A DNA stretch of 64,000 nucleotides, taken from assembly GCA_012295275.1 (NCBI GenBank), contig CM022668.1:806001-870000 (forward strand), in the 5' to 3' direction. The number at the start of each line of letters is the position of its first letter. The first letter of the stretch is position 1. Of this stretch, positions 57,701 through 64,000 are shown piece after piece. The notes under the pieces were generated by a model. It was not told the origin of the DNA, did no database searches, and saw only the letters and a program-made list of their open reading frames with translations. A program made the translations under genes and the position numbers. The DNA is from Chrysomallon squamiferum. Its lineage: Eukaryota > Animalia > Mollusca.

Positions 57701-58313
57701 AATTTATTTTAAAATATTTAAATACCGAAGATATGTTATGCAAAGTTTAGAAGTATATTTGAATTGTAAACAAAGATTTAAATGCTATTAATACTGTAAA
57801 TTTTATTCAGGGAATATATATAAAAAGAAAGAACACAGAATTGATTACCTCAACAACAGTATAATATATAATGTTAAAAATACTAAACAAACAACAAAAT
57901 AAGTGAACTAATCATTGTTTTTTATATATTTCATATATAATATTTTATTAAACAAAACTGTAACTGACAAAAAAGATAAAATTTTAGTTGATTTTTAAGA
58001 TGATGAAGGGACTGAAACTAAAAATTCAAGCTAAATAAACTAAATTAATTAATATACACTTGTATCCATTTTATCTCTTTCTAAATATTATGGATATACT
58101 TAAAGAAAAGGTATCTGATGTTCATAATAATATCCCTGGTATTGAATCATGGCGTAATAATGCTGCACAAATTTGTTAAAATATGAAATAGTCTTGAAAT
58201 ATCGACATTGTCTTAAATATTCACTATGTGTTTTTAGAGCATTATTAAATATGCTGTATTAGAACATTTATTTAATGATCCATGAATTTTTATATATATA
58301 TTTTTGACTTTTG

Positions 58314-58374
58314 TTTTAAATTTAGAAATGCTTTATTATAAATTTATATATATAAAGCATTTCTAAATTTAAAA
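58314..58374. repeat. AT-rich palindrome with perfect 23-bp arms
   Basis: ttttaaatttagaaatgctttat - 15-nt spacer - ataaagcatttctaaatttaaaa. Confidence 0.92.
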
Positions 58375-59946
58375 AAAATAAAAATAAAAATAAATTTTGA
58401 AACCTTTTCTAAGACTGCTTAACAACAATGCTGCATTACCCACATTCATGCATACACAATCAATCAACCATTATATATTAGCTAAGAACCTTAGGTGTTC
58501 TCATTTTCAAATATTAAACAATTATAAAGTGTAAATATGATCACAACACCAAATCCATAAAAATAACTACAATTTTCAAAATTTAAACAGAGTGAAAATG
58601 CTACTTCATGAATGTAAGCATTAAAGGTTAATATAAGTTGAAAGGAATATTATTAACTAATATATTCTAATATAATTTCTAAACATATGTAAATGTTGCT
58701 TTTTTTTAGCACATATTTTACTGCTCCATGCAGTAGTGTAAATGCAAAGGTAATCAATAAAGGTAAAATGTAAAATAATAATAAAATAACAACCTTCCTA
58801 ACAAAAAAAAAGAGAAAAAGTAATAAATGCATCTTTAAAAAATATAAAGACAATAAATACAAAGTTAATATATAAAAATAGAACATTGCTCTCTGAGATT
58901 ACATCCTCCAAAACCAAATTACTTGATACAGATTTATATGTGTGCGTGAACACACATGTACAGGTGTGTGTTTACATTAAAATAATAAAAAAATAACAGC
59001 TTTCTATGTTTCAGTGAAAATGCATGACAACATATTTAGTATATTTCCCGAATGCCTGTAAAATTTTGATCATGGATCAAATTGTGTGTTTGAAATTCAT
59101 CATAACAGGAAAGAAAGATATGAAATACAAAGAACTTTGACATTTCTGCAATTAATAAGATAAACAAATGTTTGAAACATGGATTCTTCACCAATCTTAC
59201 CAAGTTTTAATGTTTTCTTATTTTTCACTACTGGAAAGAAGTTGAATTAGCCATTACAAAAAGAAGCACCCAATTGTTCCAATGAAAATAAAACTGCAAA
59301 GTTAAGAAATTGCAAGTAGTGTAAAAAAAATTGCCAAAATACGTATTTTCCATAAAAATATATTACTTTTTATGGAAATTTTAGTCTGTATAGGGATTAA
59401 ATATTGCAATTTAATATATTTATTTATATATAACCTATATATATATATATACACAGGCTATTCCTTTCCCAAAAAGAAAAATAATTTTTTCATGATAAAT
59501 GCATACAAAATACTGATACTAGTCAATAATTGTCATAACAGTCATCAAAAAATGTATAGCATTATATGAATCTAGAATAACATATAATGACATCAGAAAT
59601 TGATAAATATCATTCAACAATTCCAAAAAAATAGTAAGCACCATTTTTTTCTTAGCCATGAATCAATGTATAAGAAGAAAATAATTTCAAAACATGTCAA
59701 TTTTTAAGAAACATTCCTTAATGGACCACAAAAACTTCAACAACAGTTTGTACATAAACTAACCCCTATCAGCTACACTGTCATATGTGCAGTTATAAAA
59801 GCAATTCCACTTTGTTCAGTTTACCTTTTTTTTTTTATTATTATTTTTTTTTTTAAACATGAATTACAAAAATGATTTAATGCAAAGTAATTGTTTTGAG
59901 CAGTATTATTATAGAACGTAAAGCTCTATCAGAAAATAGATTTGTT

Positions 59947-62900
59947 TCAGTTGTGGGCATGACGTTTGGACCTGGGTTTCAAATAGTCAAATAAACTTGT
60001 TGCCTTCACATGTCCAACATAGTCGAGAGACTCTACCAACAACTTGGTGACCTGAAAATAAACAGCAACTTGATAACACATAGATATCAAGTTCATATAA
60101 CTTCTAATGTTAACACTTCTGTATCATGTTTAAATAACTCATTGATTCTAATACCTATTTGGTGATATAAAATAATACAGTGTATATGTATCATCATATC
60201 AAATTCTCAAGATTTGACAAACTGGTTATATGAAAATATATATTTTTTCATGATAAATTGGAGTAATTCTGAAATTTTATCAACAAGTTGGTGATCTGAA
60301 AACAAACGATAACATATTTAATGTTTTTAATATAAAGAAAAACCTGTAGTTTTAATGATAAAATGCTTAGAACTCACCTCAAAATTTGTTATGAGAGGAA
60401 CAGCACAGTCAATGGCTGCCCGGCGGATGACATAATTATCTGTGATGTATTTTGTCTGATGATTTGGGAGGTTTACTACCAGATCAATCATTTTATCTTC
60501 TATCAGCCTGAAAATTAAACACATCTCTAGACTTAATTAATAATAATTAAGCAATAAATTAGAGAGTAAGAATTTTAATAAGCATGTTAGCATTAAGATA
60601 TAAATAAATAATGGTTAAATAGATAGATTTTGTTTAAATTCTCACTGAATACAAATACCTCTCTGTAAAAATAAAATAAAAATAATACTAAATTGTGAAA
60701 TATACTTTGTAGCGACAGGAAAACCACTATGATCCTCTGAGACTGGCCAGCTGACAGTCTGAGTGGGTATGTAGTGAATGTTCAAATATTCCGCTGTCTT
60801 GTCAGTGGCATATATCTGAAATTAATATTATACTGTGCATAATAAATCAAATAGTTATAAAGCAACATATGGCATAAATCTGAAATTAATATACAACCAT
60901 AATATGTTACTGCATAACTTAATAATTATCTCAATAACTCGTAATTATTAATGCACAATAGATAGTTATTATTTGATTAGCAATCTGATTTTTAGCAAAA
61001 GACATGATAACAGTTCTATAAAATTTCTGACCTGTACCAATTATATTTCAGTCTATTACTGTTAGTCAAACTGTGACAATGTCCGACGGAATCTGTTATT
61101 AAAACTAAACAAAAATAAAAAGTGTTTCTTACCTGGTAACCCAGTGTGGACAATCTCTTGGCAATGGGTAGAAAGTGAGGCAAGAAAGACTTCTGAACAC
61201 CCACCAGAACACTGCCGCCATCTTTAGGCATCTTGAAACCAGCAGACATCAGAGCCTTCAGGAATGCTGTGTATTTGGTTCTTCCAAAACAGGCAACCTG
61301 AATGAATGAGTTTATTCTTATTAAATATGTTTAATAAATGTTTATTGTTCTACACTGAAAAGTCTTCAATTAAAATGTAATTAAAATATATAATAAAAAG
61401 ACTAAAACTATTTTACTATCCTGAAAACTGCAACTTCTATTGAAATTTTGAACATTTTACTATAACTCAATGAATTAGTACATTCAACAGTTTTAATTTG
61501 TTATCAATTACTTCAAAAGCATTTGGTTTTTTATTCTTTATAATAAACCAGAACAGGCAAATATAAACAGAAACTTAAATATAAATTACAAATAACTTGA
61601 ATTATTTTCATCTTGCTTACCTCCCCTGTTGAAGCCATTTCACATTTGAGGAGAGGATCAGCATCCCTGAGTCGAGGCCAGGAAAACATTGGAGCCTGTA
61701 AAAATTAAAATCTTGATGTCTACACATTGTAGTATATATAAGTTAATGTTATTACTGTTTTGAATTAATCTAGAGAAAATAATACCTTTTCAAAAAATAC
61801 AATGTTACATATAATAATTTACATCTAATATAATTTATAAAAGATCATTTCATTCAATTAAAATTATTTTTAGACAGATCCAGTTAATTTAAAACTTTAA
61901 AATATTTACCTTGATTCCAACATATGTAGTTGGATTGTGTGGGTTATCAAGAGTAGGTAGCTCTGCCAAGTTCAGTTCTTCACCTAGCATCACTCTGGTT
62001 GCTGTGGCAATGAAATCTGTTCCTATTGTCTTGGATACAAAAGGACAGGATCTAGCTGCTCGCAGATTCAGTTCAATCACCTAAAAGTAAACCAAAACTA
62101 ACATGTATTGATAAAACGAGAACCAGTATATATTATTATTAAAAGTTCGCTTATAGTACTCATTTCAAATACAAAACCAATTAATAAACTATTCTTATAT
62201 GTTATAAGATAGGAATCTATATGCAAATTAAAACTGCATGTTAAACACACACATTCACCTTCAATGAAGTGTTAATATAGCATATATTGTCAAATCAGGA
62301 CTGATTATGTCATCAAATCGGTGCCTTGCTGCTTAAACTGCAATCCAAACCACTACATAAATATTCAGATTCTGTTTTAAGATAAAACAAGATAAATATT
62401 CTACCCTGACATCATTATCCTTGACAAGAAACTGAATGTTAAAAGGACCAGTGATTTCAAACTTGTTAGCAATTTTACTTGTAGCTCCTCTGATCTGAAA
62501 AAAATTATATAAAATTTTGTTACAAAGTAAAGAATATTTATTTATCAATTTAAGTATTAATTATAATCTAACTATTATTAAGTGTGACACAAAAGTTTCT
62601 CCATAAAGATGCTAAAAATAAAGTAAGTTTATAGCATGCAAATACCACTTTAAATTACTTATTATAAAGTTAAGAAATATATTTAGTATGTTTTAGATTT
62701 GTTTTTATATATATGTTTGTGTGTATATATAAAGGAGAAAAAGTAAAATAGCTCGTTAATTATATCATTAAACCAATTTATTATTAGCAAATAAACAATA
62801 ACTATTTTAATAAAATACAAATTAGGCTATATTAGTATCATCGCAGATGGACTTGACCTAGAGTTGCATCTCAATCTAGTTTTTGATGTGAAATTTAATG

Positions 62901-63312
62901 TATAAATTCATAAAGTAATATCTGAACTTGAAATTAAGCATGTAAACTTGCAATTTCAAGAGCCTCTTCATGATAGTTTGTGTTGGCAGTATGAGAGTAG
63001 CATCTCCACTGTGTACTCCAGCATTCTCCACATGTTCACACATAGCATGTGTCACCACCTAACACAACAAAACAATACTTTCTACATCTTACTGTGACAT
63101 AATCATTATCAATTTTCTTTTACTTGACAGTAATCATAAAATAATATTTTCCATATCAAACTACTGGTTTTCTTTTCTGTTTACCTCACTTATTTCATAT
63201 AATCTTTTCTGTATCACATTATTAAATTATTGTCTGTAAATCCTGTAAATGTTTATCTAGAATAAATTTTATTATATATTTTAAAAATGTCATTCACTTT
63301 AAAATAATAACA

Positions 63313-63345
<33 letters not shown>

Positions 63346-63840
63346 GTAATAAACAATTAAGAAAAAAAAAAAAATTAAATTAAAATACAACCAAATTCAG
63401 ATACTGTATACATGCTAGAATTATTTGAAAGATTAAAATGATTAAATTTTTTACAGGTTCTTTGTTCTCCATTTATAATAAAAAGAAGGGAAAAAAATGT
63501 ATTAATTATAACAGAACATACAATTCACGCGTAATAACAAAATCTAAATATAAGAAAAATAAATAACAATTCAAGAAACAAAGTAAGTTTTTTCTTTTTT
63601 TGACATCACAACTGATACCTTGCCGTCAGCAGCCACTGCATCCATCTCAACCTCTCGTGCTCCTACATAGAACTTTGTAATCACCACTGGGAATTTATTT
63701 GAAATCTGAGCAGCTTGTTTGAGGTAACCTTTCAGCTGGTCTGGAGTATATGCCACATTCATGGCCGACCCACTGAGAATGTAAGATGGTCTCAGTAGAC
63801 AGGGATAACCCACTGTAGCGGCAAAGTCAAGAGCTTCATC
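59947..63840 (-). CDS. CPS1: Carbamoyl-phosphate synthetase, mitochondrial CPS1/CPSIII type, last nine exons (copy B); one apparent 1-nt frameshift at ~62970
   Basis: Exons 63619-63840, 62952-63058, 62405-62494, 61910-62080, 61621-61695, 61133-61297, 60706-60815, 60378-60507, 59947-60051: [106 protein letters not shown]. Ends after the MGS-like domain like CPS1, not CAD. Confidence 0.9.
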
Positions 63841-64000
63841 CTAGTTTGAATAAACAGGTTCAAGGAATTATCAGCAAGGAATGGATATCTGGTTAACTGT
63901 GTTTTTAAACTGGTGAATTTAAAATAATTAAATGGCAAAGAATTTAATATTATCATCAAATTATTTTTAATTAAAAACTTTAAAAGAAGATGTGGATGAA

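Larger units (their letters stand above)
47941..64000. repeat. Tandem segmental duplication, unit 2 (continues past window end)
   Basis: Collinear with 28777-46083; the last bases of the window match ~46070-46083. Confidence 0.93.

Noticed and set aside
59947-63840. CPS as CAD or as a horizontally acquired bacterial carB
   Set aside because: Spliceosomal introns, a stop right after the MGS-like domain, and CPS1-type residues.

Overview
AT-rich, intron-containing animal genomic DNA, most likely a mollusc (inference from gene content; species not determinable here). Left half: 3' exons of ZC3H15 (+), ASB8 (-), three 4-exon ependymin-related genes (+,+,-) with a decayed MULE transposon between the first two, and a galactose-3-O-sulfotransferase (-). 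Right half: a ~19 kb tandem segmental duplication (unit 1 28777-47940; unit 2 47941 to beyond the window end) of the block [C-type lectin - innexin - CPS1-type carbamoyl-phosphate synthetase, 3' part], all on the minus strand. The lectin survives only in unit 1, CPS1 is wrecked in unit 1 and near-intact in unit 2, and the innexin is intact in both. Main signals: (1) the two innexins are almost identical at DNA level except in the N-terminus, first extracellular (docking) loop and extreme C-terminus; (2) unit 2 non-coding DNA shows one-directional CpG decay relative to unit 1; (3) identity between units is a patchwork, suggesting gene conversion; (4) the innexin start codon is probably split by an intron; (5) two transposons sit just after the stop codon of innexin copy 2. 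Exon boundaries and identities were read by eye and are not backed by alignments or RNA data.
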